DNA from: Candidatus Micrarchaeota archaeon
Lineage (GTDB): Archaea; Micrarchaeota; Micrarchaeia; Micrarchaeales; Micrarchaeaceae
Direction of reading: 5' to 3'
Length of the DNA: 64,000 bases
Assembly: GCA_021810105.1 (NCBI GenBank)
Contig: JAJZJM010000001.1
Coordinates: forward strand, 296,850 to 360,849
Numbering within the stretch: the stretch's first letter is position 1; every line of letters starts with the position of its first letter. Shown here piece after piece: positions 28,882-39,839 of the stretch. A program made the position numbers and the translations under genes. Under the pieces are notes generated by a model. The model was not told where the DNA came from and searched no databases. It worked only from the letters and a program-made list of their open reading frames with translations.

Positions 28882-31659
28882 TTGAAAGGTTGTTTTGTGG
28901 CAGATATATATTCGAATTTTCTTGAGAGGTACGGAAATCTCACTTTGGTGCAGAATGTTGCACGCCCCATAATAGAAAAAGGCGATAACTGCATAATAGT
29001 AGCCCCTACAGGGTCTGGCAAAACAGAAGCCGCACTGCTACCTGCAATAAAAAGGCTTCATGATGAAAGCGCAGAGCTGCGTGGCATAAGGATAATATAC
29101 ATAACCCCGCTGAGGGCATTGAACAGGGACCTGATGAAAAGGCTGGCGTGGCTGTGCGACAAAGCCGGCATAAGCATATCAGTTAGGCATGGAGATACAA
29201 CGCAATCAGAGAGAAAACAGCAAGAAAAAAATGCGCCGGTATTGCTTATAACAACTCCTGAAACACTCCAGAGCATACTGCCCAGCAAGGCATTTTCAAG
29301 TCATTTGAAGAATGTCTCCTTTGTCATTGTAGATGAAATACATGAGCTTTATTTCAATAAAAGAGGGGCGCAACTCTCTGTAGGGCTTGAACGGCTGGAG
29401 GAGCTTTCCAGAGGATTCGTGCGGATAGGGATAAGCGCAACAGTATCCAAGCCCGAAGAGATAGGCAGGTTTTTATGCGGAGGGCGAAAATTCCACATAG
29501 CAGCATCAGAAACTAAAAAGATGACAGATATTAAAGTGCATCTGCCCAAGATTCCCTCCGGTTTGATATCAAAAGAGATGATATCTGATTTCGCCCTTGA
29601 CGATCCTTCAACTGCAAGGCTTGAAGATATAATAAAAACAATCAAGGATTCCAAATCCACACTGATATTCGGAAATACACGACAGGTTGTAGAAGCTCTT
29701 GGCAGCAGGTTGATAGCAATAAACAGAGTAGAGGGCTTTGGAGGAATAGGCGTACATCACGGCTCACTTGACAAGAAGGACCGTATAGAGGTTGAGGATC
29801 TTTTTAAGACAGGAAGAATAAAATCGCTGATATCTACAAGCTCCTTGGAATTAGGAATAGATATTGGTGATATAGATCATGTAATTCAGTATGGATCGCC
29901 AAGGCAGGCAGTAAGGCTTGCACAGAGAGTGGGAAGGAGCGGGCATTCCGAGAAAAGGACTTCGAAAGGGCTCATAATATCATCAAGCCGAATAGATGCG
30001 CTCGAAGCGCTCTCAACCATAAAATGCATGGAGGATGGCAAATTGGAAGAGTTTGCTACGATAAAAGGGCCATTGGATGTCCTTTGCAATCAGATATGCG
30101 GAATTGCGCTGGATAAGAGAGAGGTAGAGATAGATTATGTGAAGGGTATAATTAGATCCTCTTACTGCTTCAGTGACCAGAAAGACGAGGAATTTGAATC
30201 CCTGCTGCTTTTCATGAAAAAGCAGCACCTTGTGTCTGTTGATGGAACCAAGATATTCGCATCAGGAAGCACAAGAATGTACTATTACTCTCATTTGAGC
30301 TTCATACCTGATAGCAAAAAGGTTTTGGTTAAGAACGTATCCGACAATAGGATGATCTCTTCGCTTGATGAGCGTTTTGTAGCTGCAAATCTAGAGGAGG
30401 GAACGGTTTTCATAGCTAAAGGGCTGCCTTGGAAGATTGTAAGCATAGATGATGAATCTATAAGCGTGGAACCTTCGGAGAGCCTTGATGGAGCAATCCC
30501 AGATTGGGTGGGAGAAGACATACCTGTATCGTGGAGAGTGGCCGATACGACTTTGAATTATATTCTGGATCCATCCAAAATCCCATTTGAAAAGATGAAT
30601 CAGGTTACTTTAAATGCTGTGACAGACTTTTGCTCTGAGCAGGGAAAGGCTTGGAGCGAGATTGCAGGCAAAGTGGTTATAGAGAGGCTTGATGATAAGG
30701 TAATATTGCATTCTGGTTTGGGCACTATGGCTAATGAAGGGCTTTCGAAAATACTGTCAAAACTGATACTTTCATTTACAGGAAAAGGCGTTACAGTTCG
30801 CTCTTCTCCGTATATGATAATGTTTGAAGGAACTTCAGACATAAAATTGGATTATCTTATGAGCAGAATACCAAGCCACAGAGTCAACTCAATGCTTGAA
30901 GATGCGATAAAAGAGAGCGATATGTTCCGCTACAATTTCATATACGTAGCTAAGTTTTTTGGAGTAATAGACAGAAAGGCAACCGTATCAAAATCAATGA
31001 GCAAGCGTTTGATGCGAGTACTTTCAGATACTCCGGTTTATAGAGAAACCATAAGGCATTTGATGAATTTGCTTGATATCGAGGTGCTTAAAACATTTAT
31101 CCAGAGGATTGAGGAAGGAACGCTAAGGCTTGTAGAGGTAAATAACCCCGACATATCTCCGCTTGCTCAGGAAGTTCTTAATTCGGCATATTACACTATG
31201 GAGCTGGTTATGCCCATCGCCCCAAGCAAAGCGATAATAGACTCATTCTCAAGTTTCATAATGAACAAGAAGACAGAGCTTTTGTGCACTTATTGCGGGT
31301 TCTATTTCGGAAGGAGCGTTAAAGAGCTCTGGGGGCAGTGCAGCATACACTGCCCTTCGTGCAATAGCGTAATGATATGCAGATATTCTGAAGAACGGCT
31401 CAATGCGGTAAAAAAGAGGATTGCGGGAAAGAGGTTTAATGCGCAGGAAAAGAAGATTTTTGCTGAGGCAATGGCGGATGCCGGACTTCTCAGCTCTCAT
31501 GGAGGAAAAGCCATAGCTGCATTGAATACATACGGTGTCGGGGCATCAGGGGCAGCAAGAATACTTCTTATGCAGCGTGTTGATGATTCATTATTCTACC
31601 GTGACTTGATAGAAGCGCAGAAACGCTTTATAAGGACTAAAAAGTATTGGCGCGTCTAA
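28882..31659 (+). CDS. lhr: Lhr-family DEAD/H helicase with C-terminal Zn finger
   Basis: APTGSGKT, PLRALNRD, DEIH, SAT, LELGIDIG, QRVGRSGH, CxxC..CxxC. Confidence 0.92.
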   Translation: MKGCFVADIYSNFLERYGNLTLVQNVARPIIEKGDNCIIVAPTGSGKTEAALLPAIKRLHDESAELRGIRIIYITPLRALNRDLMKRLAWLCDKAGISISVRHGDTTQSERKQQEKNAPVLLITTPETLQSILPSKAFSSHLKNVSFVIVDEIHELYFNKRGAQLSVGLERLEELSRGFVRIGISATVSKPEEIGRFLCGGRKFHIAASETKKMTDIKVHLPKIPSGLISKEMISDFALDDPSTARLEDIIKTIKDSKSTLIFGNTRQVVEALGSRLIAINRVEGFGGIGVHHGSLDKKDRIEVEDLFKTGRIKSLISTSSLELGIDIGDIDHVIQYGSPRQAVRLAQRVGRSGHSEKRTSKGLIISSSRIDALEALSTIKCMEDGKLEEFATIKGPLDVLCNQICGIALDKREVEIDYVKGIIRSSYCFSDQKDEEFESLLLFMKKQHLVSVDGTKIFASGSTRMYYYSHLSFIPDSKKVLVKNVSDNRMISSLDERFVAANLEEGTVFIAKGLPWKIVSIDDESISVEPSESLDGAIPDWVGEDIPVSWRVADTTLNYILDPSKIPFEKMNQVTLNAVTDFCSEQGKAWSEIAGKVVIERLDDKVILHSGLGTMANEGLSKILSKLILSFTGKGVTVRSSPYMIMFEGTSDIKLDYLMSRIPSHRVNSMLEDAIKESDMFRYNFIYVAKFFGVIDRKATVSKSMSKRLMRVLSDTPVYRETIRHLMNLLDIEVLKTFIQRIEEGTLRLVEVNNPDISPLAQEVLNSAYYTMELVMPIAPSKAIIDSFSSFIMNKKTELLCTYCGFYFGRSVKELWGQCSIHCPSCNSVMICRYSEERLNAVKKRIAGKRFNAQEKKIFAEAMADAGLLSSHGGKAIAALNTYGVGASGAARILLMQRVDDSLFYRDLIEAQKRFIRTKKYWRV

Positions 31660-32195
31660 TTGCTTTTGTTAGGCTTGATTTCGACCCCATGCTGGGATGG
31701 AACAACCTTATATTTTGGATTCTCAAATCGCATTGCAAGCTCGCGGCCTTGGTAAAAATCATGAAGGAAAATTGCGATAGACGATCCGCATGTGTGAGGC
31801 TGAGAAGATATGCTTATGTTGAAGTCTGCAGCATCGTATGCGGCTTTGATTGATTCTGAGAAGCTTGTAATTAGCAGTATGTTTTTGTAAGTACTTATTC
31901 TGTATCTCATTTTTATTATGGGCATACCATATCTTGTCAGATATATCTTTAGGTAATTTCTTTTTTCTTTTATGAATTTTTCCCAATTATTGCAGAAGTA
32001 CACCGAAAAATTACCTCCCCATTTCTTATTTGCCTGTTTTATCGAGCGCTTCAATTTTGCTTCTATAGCGCTCCCTTTGGATGGAAAGAAGGTTATATTG
32101 GAGGCACCGAACGCGCGGGATATCATGCATATGTCAATGCAGGAATCGTATGAGGACTTGCCCAACACGAGAACAGATATCATTTTTATCATCAA
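31656..32195 (-). CDS. Divergent tRNA (cytidine56-2'-O)-methyltransferase-like SPOUT protein
   Basis: RAFGA, WGG.F, LT.YG, AD.N.SI..QPH, AIFL; N-terminal conserved motif degenerate. Confidence 0.75.
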   Translation of the reverse strand: MMIKMISVLVLGKSSYDSCIDICMISRAFGASNITFFPSKGSAIEAKLKRSIKQANKKWGGNFSVYFCNNWEKFIKEKRNYLKIYLTRYGMPIIKMRYRISTYKNILLITSFSESIKAAYDAADFNISISSQPHTCGSSIAIFLHDFYQGRELAMRFENPKYKVVPSQHGVEIKPNKSN

Positions 32196-32200
32196 TAAAT

Positions 32201-34615
32201 TTATATTACCTGGGCGTCCACCACTTTTGCTTCATTAGTTACTTTCATAAGCCTGACTCCGGATGCACTCCTGCCAGTCACTCTGATTTCTGATATGGGG
32301 AATTGTATTGAAATTCCTTTTGAATTTATCAATATTATAGAGCCAACGGGGCTTACTTTTATGGATTTTACAACTTTGCCTGTCTTCTCATTTGCTCTCA
32401 GGTTTATTACTCCTTTTCCGCCTCTTTTTTGTAGCCTGTATTCTTCAAGTTTGGTGACTTTTCCATATCCGTTCTCAGCTATCGTTGCAATCATATCATC
32501 CTCTTTTGCCTGGAGCATGTTCACTACGTAATCGTTTGACTTGAGGCGGATGCCCCTTACTCCATGTGCATTTCTGCCCATAGCCCTTATGTCGGATTCA
32601 TTAAAGCGCAGGGCTTTGCCATACTTGGTTGCGATGAATATGTTCTGCTTGCCATCTGAGATGCATGCGTCGGATACTAAATCATCTGCATCCATAGGCA
32701 TTGCCATAACGCCGCTGGATCTTGGTTTGGAGAATTTTTCTGCCTTAACCCTTTTTATTTTGCCTTTTTTGGTTATAATATTGAGGAAGCTATCGTTGAA
32801 GGTCCTGGTGTTGACGATCTTTTCTGGTTTTTCTCCGTCTGCGAGCTTTATCAGATTTATTGATGCCTTACCCAGACTGTATCTGCTTTCTTCAGGCACA
32901 GCATATGCCTTGAGCCAGTAAGCCCTTCCTTTACTTGTAATTATTAGAAGATAGTCCTTAGATTTGCATGTGAGGATCTGCTTTACAAAGTCTCCTTCGT
33001 GCAGCTCTATTGCTTTTATTCCTTTTCCTCCACGAGATTGCTCCCTATAGACGGAGGGATTCATTCTCTTCATATATCCGCCTTTTGTTAATATTATGGT
33101 GACCTCTTCATCTACAATAAGGTCTTCGTCTTCTATTTGATCAAAGCCTTCAGATACCTCTATCTTTGTGCGCCTTGGCCTTCCGTATTTTTCTTTTATC
33201 TCTGCAGTCTCGTCCTTTATTATCTTTACAACTGCGCCTTCGTTTTCCAGGACCTCTTTAAGCGTCCTTATATTATCATTCAATGATTGTTTTTCTGAGT
33301 TAAGCGCGCCGCTTTCGAGAGAGGTAAGCTTACCCAGTTTCATGTCAAGGATCGCATTGGCCTGCTTTTCGGATATCTTGTAAGAGTCTATGAGCCTGGT
33401 CCTTGCCTCTTTCGTGTCTGTGCTCATTTTTATCGTGCTTATTACTCCGTTTATGTCATTTATTGCTACAAGAAGCCCTTCGACTATGTGAAGGCGTTCT
33501 GATGCAACATTAAGCTCGTATTTTGTTCTGCTTTTTATTACATTTATTCTGTGGTCTACGAATGCCTTTATCATCTGTTTTATGTTGAACGTGATAAGGC
33601 TGCTCTCTATCACCGCATTATTTATGACAGGTATGGACACCTGCATCTGAGTGTGCTTATATAATGTGTTGAGAACAGAGTCGCTGTTTGCTCCTTTCTT
33701 AAGCTCTATGTATATCCTTATGCCGTCTTTGCTGCTTTCATCCCTGAGGTCGCTTATGCCCTGCACCAGCTTATTCTTAACAAGCTCTGCAATTTTCTGC
33801 ACAAGTTGTGCTTTGTTTACAGCATATGGTATTTCGGTTACGATTATGGCATCCCTTCCGTTCTTCGACTCTATTGCAACTTTACTGCGTATGGTACACG
33901 AACCGCGCCCTAGAAGATATGATGCCTTAAGAGATTGGTTGTAAAACACTATGCCGCCTGTGGCGAAATCAGGCCCTTTTATGTACTCGAGTATCTCTTC
34001 ATGTTTTATCTCGGGATTATTGAGATACGCGATTATGGCATCGCAGACTTCTATGAGATTGTGCTGCATTATGTTTGTTGTAACTCCAACAGCTATGCCC
34101 GATGCGCCATTTACAAGAAGGTTGGGAACCTTTGCAGGTAGGACTGCAGGCTCTTTTTCGGTGTTGTCAAAATTAGGTATTAACGGAACGGATTCTTTAT
34201 CTATATCGGCAAGCATCTCCTCTGCTAGCTTATTCAGCCTTACTTCCGTATACCTTTGCGCGGCTGCTGGATCTCCGTCGATGCTGCCCATGTTTCCCTG
34301 TCCCTGAACCAGAGTGTGATTCATGGAGAATTCCTGCGCCATCCTTACGAGTGTCTCGTATGCGGCTATGTCTCCGTGCGGATGGTATTTTCCTATACAT
34401 TCTCCTATTATCCTTGCGCTCTTCTTTGTGGGTTGATCATGGAAATTGCTTAGTCCGTACATAGCCCACAATATTCTTCTTTGTGCTGGTTTAAGCCCGT
34501 CTCTCGCGTCTGGCAGGGCTCTGCCTATTATGACGCTCATTGCATAATCCAAGTAGCTTGATTGTATCTCTTTTTCAATGAGGGTTTCCTGCACGTTTTT
34601 ATCTTCCATTGTCAC
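32201..34615 (-). CDS. gyrA: DNA gyrase subunit A
   Basis: SYLDYAMSVI, KYHPHGD, AAQRYTE, GyrA-box Q.RGGKG. Confidence 0.97.
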   Translation of the reverse strand: MTMEDKNVQETLIEKEIQSSYLDYAMSVIIGRALPDARDGLKPAQRRILWAMYGLSNFHDQPTKKSARIIGECIGKYHPHGDIAAYETLVRMAQEFSMNHTLVQGQGNMGSIDGDPAAAQRYTEVRLNKLAEEMLADIDKESVPLIPNFDNTEKEPAVLPAKVPNLLVNGASGIAVGVTTNIMQHNLIEVCDAIIAYLNNPEIKHEEILEYIKGPDFATGGIVFYNQSLKASYLLGRGSCTIRSKVAIESKNGRDAIIVTEIPYAVNKAQLVQKIAELVKNKLVQGISDLRDESSKDGIRIYIELKKGANSDSVLNTLYKHTQMQVSIPVINNAVIESSLITFNIKQMIKAFVDHRINVIKSRTKYELNVASERLHIVEGLLVAINDINGVISTIKMSTDTKEARTRLIDSYKISEKQANAILDMKLGKLTSLESGALNSEKQSLNDNIRTLKEVLENEGAVVKIIKDETAEIKEKYGRPRRTKIEVSEGFDQIEDEDLIVDEEVTIILTKGGYMKRMNPSVYREQSRGGKGIKAIELHEGDFVKQILTCKSKDYLLIITSKGRAYWLKAYAVPEESRYSLGKASINLIKLADGEKPEKIVNTRTFNDSFLNIITKKGKIKRVKAEKFSKPRSSGVMAMPMDADDLVSDACISDGKQNIFIATKYGKALRFNESDIRAMGRNAHGVRGIRLKSNDYVVNMLQAKEDDMIATIAENGYGKVTKLEEYRLQKRGGKGVINLRANEKTGKVVKSIKVSPVGSIILINSKGISIQFPISEIRVTGRSASGVRLMKVTNEAKVVDAQVI

Positions 34616-36522
34616 ACATCCAAGAATTTAACTTCGCTTGAATGCTCCTGCAGGAATTTTCTTCTCTGCTCCACATCAAGCCCCATTAATATGCTAAACA
34701 TAGTATTTGCAAGCTCTGCGTCTCCTACAGTGACCTTCTTTAACATCCTTACCTTCGGGTCCATTGTGGTTTCCCAAAGCTGCTGCGGGTTCATTTCTCC
34801 GAGGCCTTTGTATCTTTGCACAGAGCCTTTTCCTTCATAAATTTTCATTATTGAATTAAGCTCTTGGTCGGTATAAGCATACTTTACCTCCCTGCCTTTG
34901 ATAATTTTGTATAGTGGAGGTTGCGCTATATAAACAAAGCCCTTGTCTATCAGAGGTTTCATATACCTGTACAAGAATGTGAGGAGCAAGACCCTTATGT
35001 GGCTGCCGTCTACGTCAGCATCCGTAAGTAAGATTATTTTCTTATATCTTACAGAATCTGCATTAAAGGTTTCTTTTATTCCTGTTCCAAATGCCGTAAC
35101 CATTGTATGCAGTTCCGAATTTGCAAAAATCTTGTCTTCGCTCGCTTTCTCCACGTTTAAGACTTTGCCTCTGAGAGGAAGTATGGCCTGGTAGAATCTA
35201 TCCCTTGCCTCTTTGCTGGAACCTGCCGCACTTTGCCCCTCAACTATGAATATTTCACATTTCTCTGGGTCTGTTTCTGTGCAATCTGAGAGTTTGCCCG
35301 GAAGGACCGCGCCCTCAAACATTCCTTTCTTCCTTGCCAACTCCCTAGCCCTTCTTGCAGACTCTCTAGCTTCAGCCGCATTATAGACCTTGTCCATGAT
35401 CTTTGCAGCGTCGCTTGGATTTTCTTCAAGATACCTTGACAACTCAGAATAGACAGAATTCTCTACAAAAGCCTTAATTGAGCTGTTGCCGAGCTTTTCT
35501 TTTGTCTGCCCTTCAAATTCAGGATTCTGCATTAGTATAGATATTATCGCAACTAGGCCCTCTCTTATGTCATCCCCCTCCAACTCTATGCTGCTGCCTT
35601 TTTTCTTGCTACTTTTTTGGCTATATGAAGTTATGGCCCTGGTAAGTGCCGCATGAAAGCCAGTTACATGAGAGCCGCCTGCGGGAGTCTTTATCTTATT
35701 TACAAACGAGAGCAAGTCTTCAGAATATGAATTTGCATATTGCATTATAAGCTCAAGTTTTGTCTCTCCGAGGTCTTTCTTTATTAAAATAGGTTTTGTT
35801 ATAGGTTCCTTCTTCTCCCTTATGTACTCCAAAAACTCGGGGAGCCCTTCTTTGGAATAAAATTCCGTCTCCTTGCTTGGGGGCTCTCTTTCATCTATCA
35901 ATTTTATGCGTATACCTGGGTTAAGAAATGTAAGGTCTTTGATGCGCTCTGTAAGCTGGATTGTGTCAAAGTTTTTTGCAGAGAATATCTCAGCATCGGG
36001 CTTGAATTTTATAGTAGTGCCAGTTCTCCCTTCAGAGTCTCCTGTTATCTCTAGTTCGGATACTGGAGCTCCCCTGCTGAATCTTTGCCGATATACTTTA
36101 CCATTCCTGCTTATTGTTGCTTCTAGATATTCTGAAAGCGAATTTACAACAGTAAGCCCCACTCCGTGCAGCCCTCCAGACACTTTATATGCCTTATTTT
36201 CGAACTTTGCACCGGAATGTAGAGAGGTCATTATAACCTCCAGGGCAGGTTTACCTACTTTCGATATGTTATCTACAGGTATACCTCTGCCGTTATCAGA
36301 TACCTCTGCGATATCTATACCATCCTCCCTGGTTAAGTGTAATGTTATCGAATTGGCATATCCTGCTATGGCCTCATCGATTGCGTTATCCAGAACTTCG
36401 TATAAGAGATGAAGAAAGCCCTGAGTAGATGTTGAGCCTATGTACATTGCTGGTCTTTTCCTGACTCCCTGAGGGCCGGAAAGCACCATTATGTCTTTTG
36501 CACTATAATCTACATCTGGCAT
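34612..36522 (-). CDS. gyrB: DNA gyrase subunit B
   Basis: VRKRPAMYIG, GGLHGVG, PLRGK, DADVDG, RYKGLGEM. Confidence 0.97.
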   Translation of the reverse strand: MPDVDYSAKDIMVLSGPQGVRKRPAMYIGSTSTQGFLHLLYEVLDNAIDEAIAGYANSITLHLTREDGIDIAEVSDNGRGIPVDNISKVGKPALEVIMTSLHSGAKFENKAYKVSGGLHGVGLTVVNSLSEYLEATISRNGKVYRQRFSRGAPVSELEITGDSEGRTGTTIKFKPDAEIFSAKNFDTIQLTERIKDLTFLNPGIRIKLIDEREPPSKETEFYSKEGLPEFLEYIREKKEPITKPILIKKDLGETKLELIMQYANSYSEDLLSFVNKIKTPAGGSHVTGFHAALTRAITSYSQKSSKKKGSSIELEGDDIREGLVAIISILMQNPEFEGQTKEKLGNSSIKAFVENSVYSELSRYLEENPSDAAKIMDKVYNAAEARESARRARELARKKGMFEGAVLPGKLSDCTETDPEKCEIFIVEGQSAAGSSKEARDRFYQAILPLRGKVLNVEKASEDKIFANSELHTMVTAFGTGIKETFNADSVRYKKIILLTDADVDGSHIRVLLLTFLYRYMKPLIDKGFVYIAQPPLYKIIKGREVKYAYTDQELNSIMKIYEGKGSVQRYKGLGEMNPQQLWETTMDPKVRMLKKVTVGDAELANTMFSILMGLDVEQRRKFLQEHSSEVKFLDV

Positions 36523-36642
36523 AAAAATACCGACGACAAATAGCTCAATTATTTGCCTGCTGGTTATTTACTTTTCGGCTTTAAAACACTTTCGGTAAGC
36601 GTTTAGTATCTTGCCTAGTACCTAATGATTTTCGTGTTAGTT

Positions 36643-37461
36643 TCATTCATGCCATGATATTTTGAGGCATCTGAGGCTTCCGTCCATTTTCATGAATTCG
36701 CTTGTATCTATCTCTAGAACATTATCAAAATATGTATCAACAATTTTCCTAGTCCCAGGAAAACCTTTCGGCATCATTACTGTGTTTTCATTCACCGGAA
36801 GAACTGCGGCTGCATATCCTTCTGACTTAGGAACATCTATCACATCAAAAGGAAATGAATCTGGTAGAGGCATTGCAGGATTGTGCAATAATGTAGTTTC
36901 GTTTAGCGGCGACATTCCGGTATCAGCATGCAATACATTTGCTACTTTAATCTTAAGTATAGACAAACCTGGGTTAATTTTCTTCAGAGTTTCTTCAAGG
37001 AGAGATGCGCCTGCAATGTTGGTGCGCGTGGACACTCCGATTATTACATTTTTTCCGAACATTATAACATCGCCGAATTCCAAAGTTGCTGAGGCTTGCA
37101 AAAAGTCAGGAATGATTATCTCTTTGACTACACCTTTGATTATCTTCATAGAATAACCTACCTCTTTCTTCCTTGGCTCTTTGTTAGGGTTGCCGATTAC
37201 TCCAACCAGCCCTCCATTCTCTTTTGCAAATATTCCAGCCATGTCCTCAACAAAATGCCCGTCCGGGTTTCCGGTCGGTTCTGAAAGATAGACCTTTACC
37301 CCTAGAGACTCTAATGCGCTTACATACGCCCTATGCTGCACCAAAGCAAGATCATAATTAGGGCGGCCGTAATTCACAGTAGTAAAGCCGTTCGCCATGT
37401 TCCTGTCTGGCTTTATCATTATTGCGTGATTAAAGAGAAGCCCATTGTTTTTGCTCTGCAT
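36643..37461 (-). CDS. Dimethylarginine dimethylaminohydrolase / amidinotransferase family
   Basis: QH..Y...L, PD..FVED, GDV, RTN..G, LH..T, DGSLRC. Confidence 0.85.
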   Translation of the reverse strand: MQSKNNGLLFNHAIMIKPDRNMANGFTTVNYGRPNYDLALVQHRAYVSALESLGVKVYLSEPTGNPDGHFVEDMAGIFAKENGGLVGVIGNPNKEPRKKEVGYSMKIIKGVVKEIIIPDFLQASATLEFGDVIMFGKNVIIGVSTRTNIAGASLLEETLKKINPGLSILKIKVANVLHADTGMSPLNETTLLHNPAMPLPDSFPFDVIDVPKSEGYAAAVLPVNENTVMMPKGFPGTRKIVDTYFDNVLEIDTSEFMKMDGSLRCLKISWHE

Positions 37462-37532
37462 ATTCTTTAGTTTTGTTGGAAAGATTTATAGGCTTTGAAA
37501 AGCATTTGATGTGGACATATTAGGTAGATTAT

Positions 37533-37919
37533 TTGAAGATATCGATATTGCAGATAATTTTAGTGATAGGAATAATCATATCAGTCTACCTCGCGTATGT
37601 GCATTATAATCCTGGAGCACTGGTGTGTCCCACGGCGGGATTGATTAATTGTCAGGATGTGATTACCAGCTCCTATTCTGTAATACTTGGAGTGCCTTTG
37701 GCCATATATGCGGTAATATGGTTCGTAATTGCGCTTATTCTATCTATGTCTAAAATGAGAACAGTTACAGAATTATGGTTTCTTATAGGGATTGGAGGAA
37801 TCATCTATTCCTTATTTTCAATGTATATGGTAGGGAGAATTTGCGAGTTCTGCTCTGCGTTGGATGTAATAATAGTTGCATCGATAGCGCTTCTTTTTAA
37901 AGGACAAGGGTTAAAATAA
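37533..37919 (+). CDS. Vitamin K epoxide reductase (VKOR) family protein
   Basis: C......C..V..S.YS, CEFC; four TMs. Confidence 0.88.
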   Translation: MKISILQIILVIGIIISVYLAYVHYNPGALVCPTAGLINCQDVITSSYSVILGVPLAIYAVIWFVIALILSMSKMRTVTELWFLIGIGGIIYSLFSMYMVGRICEFCSALDVIIVASIALLFKGQGLK

Positions 37920-37940
37920 GCAAATGCTGTAAATCTTTGA

Positions 37941-38014
37941 GGGCCCATAGCTCAGCCTGGTAGAGCGGCTGGCTCTTAACCAGTAGGTCGGGGGTCCAAA
38001 TCCCCCTGGGCCCG
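37941..38014 (+). tRNA. tRNA-Lys(CTT)
   Basis: GGGCCCATAGCTCAGCCTGGTAGAGCG-GCTGG-CTCTTAA-CCAGT...TGGGCCCG; T-loop reads TCCAAAT. Confidence 0.93.
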
Positions 38015-38132
38015 CCTTAATTTTAAATTAACGGCATTTTTCTTCATAGGACATGCTTGGATGCCTTTTCGAATTTGTGTTTATGGAAAGAGTTTTATTG
38101 GTAAATATAGACAATAAGACATTACAAGGTGC

Positions 38133-39839
38133 TTGCTGTTGGTAAACATTAATAGGATTTTTGTATTGTCCTTTGCATTTGCCCTGATTTTTGCTTCTGG
38201 AGTAAGCATGGCTAGTTCTTCTGGCATAGTATATGCAAGCGTCACCGTAGTGCAGCCTGCCAATGTGACAATTGCAAATTTTTCAACATCTTCAATTTTG
38301 ACAGCCGGCACACCTGTACCGCTATATGCCAAGGTGCAGAATGCAGGAGGATTGTCCGCTTCTAATATTACCTTTAATGTCTCCATAACAGGGCCTTCAA
38401 TCACCAATATAACATATAATCTAGGTACGCTCACACCAAGCCAAAGCAAGAACTTGACAACACAAGTAAGTGGTGGTGCACCATTGTCTGGAGCTTATAC
38501 TGTTAATGCGTTTATTAGCTATTATGTCAATGGTGTTCATCACATCTCCGCTTCCAAATATGCACAGTTTAATGCCTCAGTTCCAAACCCGCCTTCTCCA
38601 GGGCCCGGGCCTGGCACAAGCAAGCAATCATACACACCTACACCAAAGATACCAGGAATAAACATAAACTCACTCCCGGTAGCGCTGTCTGCAGCGGTAG
38701 GAGGCCAATTATCTAGCATAATAAATTTACAGTCAATTTCAAACGTAACAGAAATAATAAATTTTACAGTTAGCAATAATTATACCGGAATAGTTACGCT
38801 TTCTCCAAGCAGTATTACCCTGCTTCCTGGGCAGAAAGGCAGCGTTGTAGCCAGCATAAGAGCCACATCTTCAATGCTTCCGGGAACCTATGTTATACCT
38901 ATCACAATGAATGCCTCTTTTGTGGGAGATGCGCCTGCAAGCCAAACAGCATACGTAACATTTACCATATACAGCAATCTCAAAAATGGATTGCAGGTGC
39001 TTGGACAGTCTTATATGGTTAATAACCTTACAGAACTGAGCGGTGCTGTATCAATTAGTAATAATGGCGAGTCTACAATAACAAATGGCACTCTTACAAC
39101 AATGTTGCCTCTTTCGATTGCTGCAAACCTTACAGAGATTAGCGCGTATGGACTACCCAACAATATAACCAGAAGCACAGACGGATATGCTGTAAATTGG
39201 AATGTACAGAAGATACTTCCCGGGCAGATATTGTATGCCTATTACACGATACACAACCCTAGCTCTGCCTCATTGGCATATTATCCACAAAATATATTCA
39301 CGTTACCTACCCCTCCTGTATCCAGCCAGGTGCTTAAAATCATCAGCATTTCTGCACCTACATTTTATTCTAACTCTACGAACAAAATAAATGCCACTGT
39401 TTTCTATGCTGGCAGTACATACCAACCAGTATCATTTTCGCTATCTGGCCCTCCTGGCGTGACAATATACAATTCTACACAGGTGGTTTATACCTCTCCG
39501 AATAGATTGCTTAACAGAAGTTTTAGCATATTTGTTGGCAATTACACTGGAACTTTACTTTTCTACCTTACATTGAGCGCAGGAGGGCTAAATAATACCG
39601 AGACTTTGCCTGCAGTTGTGTTAACCAAGATACCCATAGTATCTCCGCCCTCCCAGAAGCCGTTTTTGATTAGCTTTCAGACATTATTAGGGATCCTGGA
39701 GGCTTTTGCAGGGGCTGCTTTGATATTTATTATTTTGCTCGTAATAATAAACATAAAGAAGCGTCAGAGAGCGCCTGAAAGCAAAACAAGAGAACTGGTG
39801 AAAATGGCGAAGAGAATAAGAGGAGAGATAGATGAATAA
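38133..39839 (+). CDS. Secreted multi-Ig-like (CARDB/NEW3-like) surface protein with C-terminal TM anchor
   Basis: Signal peptide, beta-rich S/T/N sequence, Pro linker, C-terminal TM and basic tail. Confidence 0.75.
   Translation: MLLVNINRIFVLSFAFALIFASGVSMASSSGIVYASVTVVQPANVTIANFSTSSILTAGTPVPLYAKVQNAGGLSASNITFNVSITGPSITNITYNLGTLTPSQSKNLTTQVSGGAPLSGAYTVNAFISYYVNGVHHISASKYAQFNASVPNPPSPGPGPGTSKQSYTPTPKIPGININSLPVALSAAVGGQLSSIINLQSISNVTEIINFTVSNNYTGIVTLSPSSITLLPGQKGSVVASIRATSSMLPGTYVIPITMNASFVGDAPASQTAYVTFTIYSNLKNGLQVLGQSYMVNNLTELSGAVSISNNGESTITNGTLTTMLPLSIAANLTEISAYGLPNNITRSTDGYAVNWNVQKILPGQILYAYYTIHNPSSASLAYYPQNIFTLPTPPVSSQVLKIISISAPTFYSNSTNKINATVFYAGSTYQPVSFSLSGPPGVTIYNSTQVVYTSPNRLLNRSFSIFVGNYTGTLLFYLTLSAGGLNNTETLPAVVLTKIPIVSPPSQKPFLISFQTLLGILEAFAGAALIFIILLVIINIKKRQRAPESKTRELVKMAKRIRGEIDE

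Noticed and set aside
32201..36522. Gyrase in an archaeon as a novelty
   Set aside because: Gyrase is already known in several archaeal lineages, including Micrarchaeota and Thermoplasmatales.
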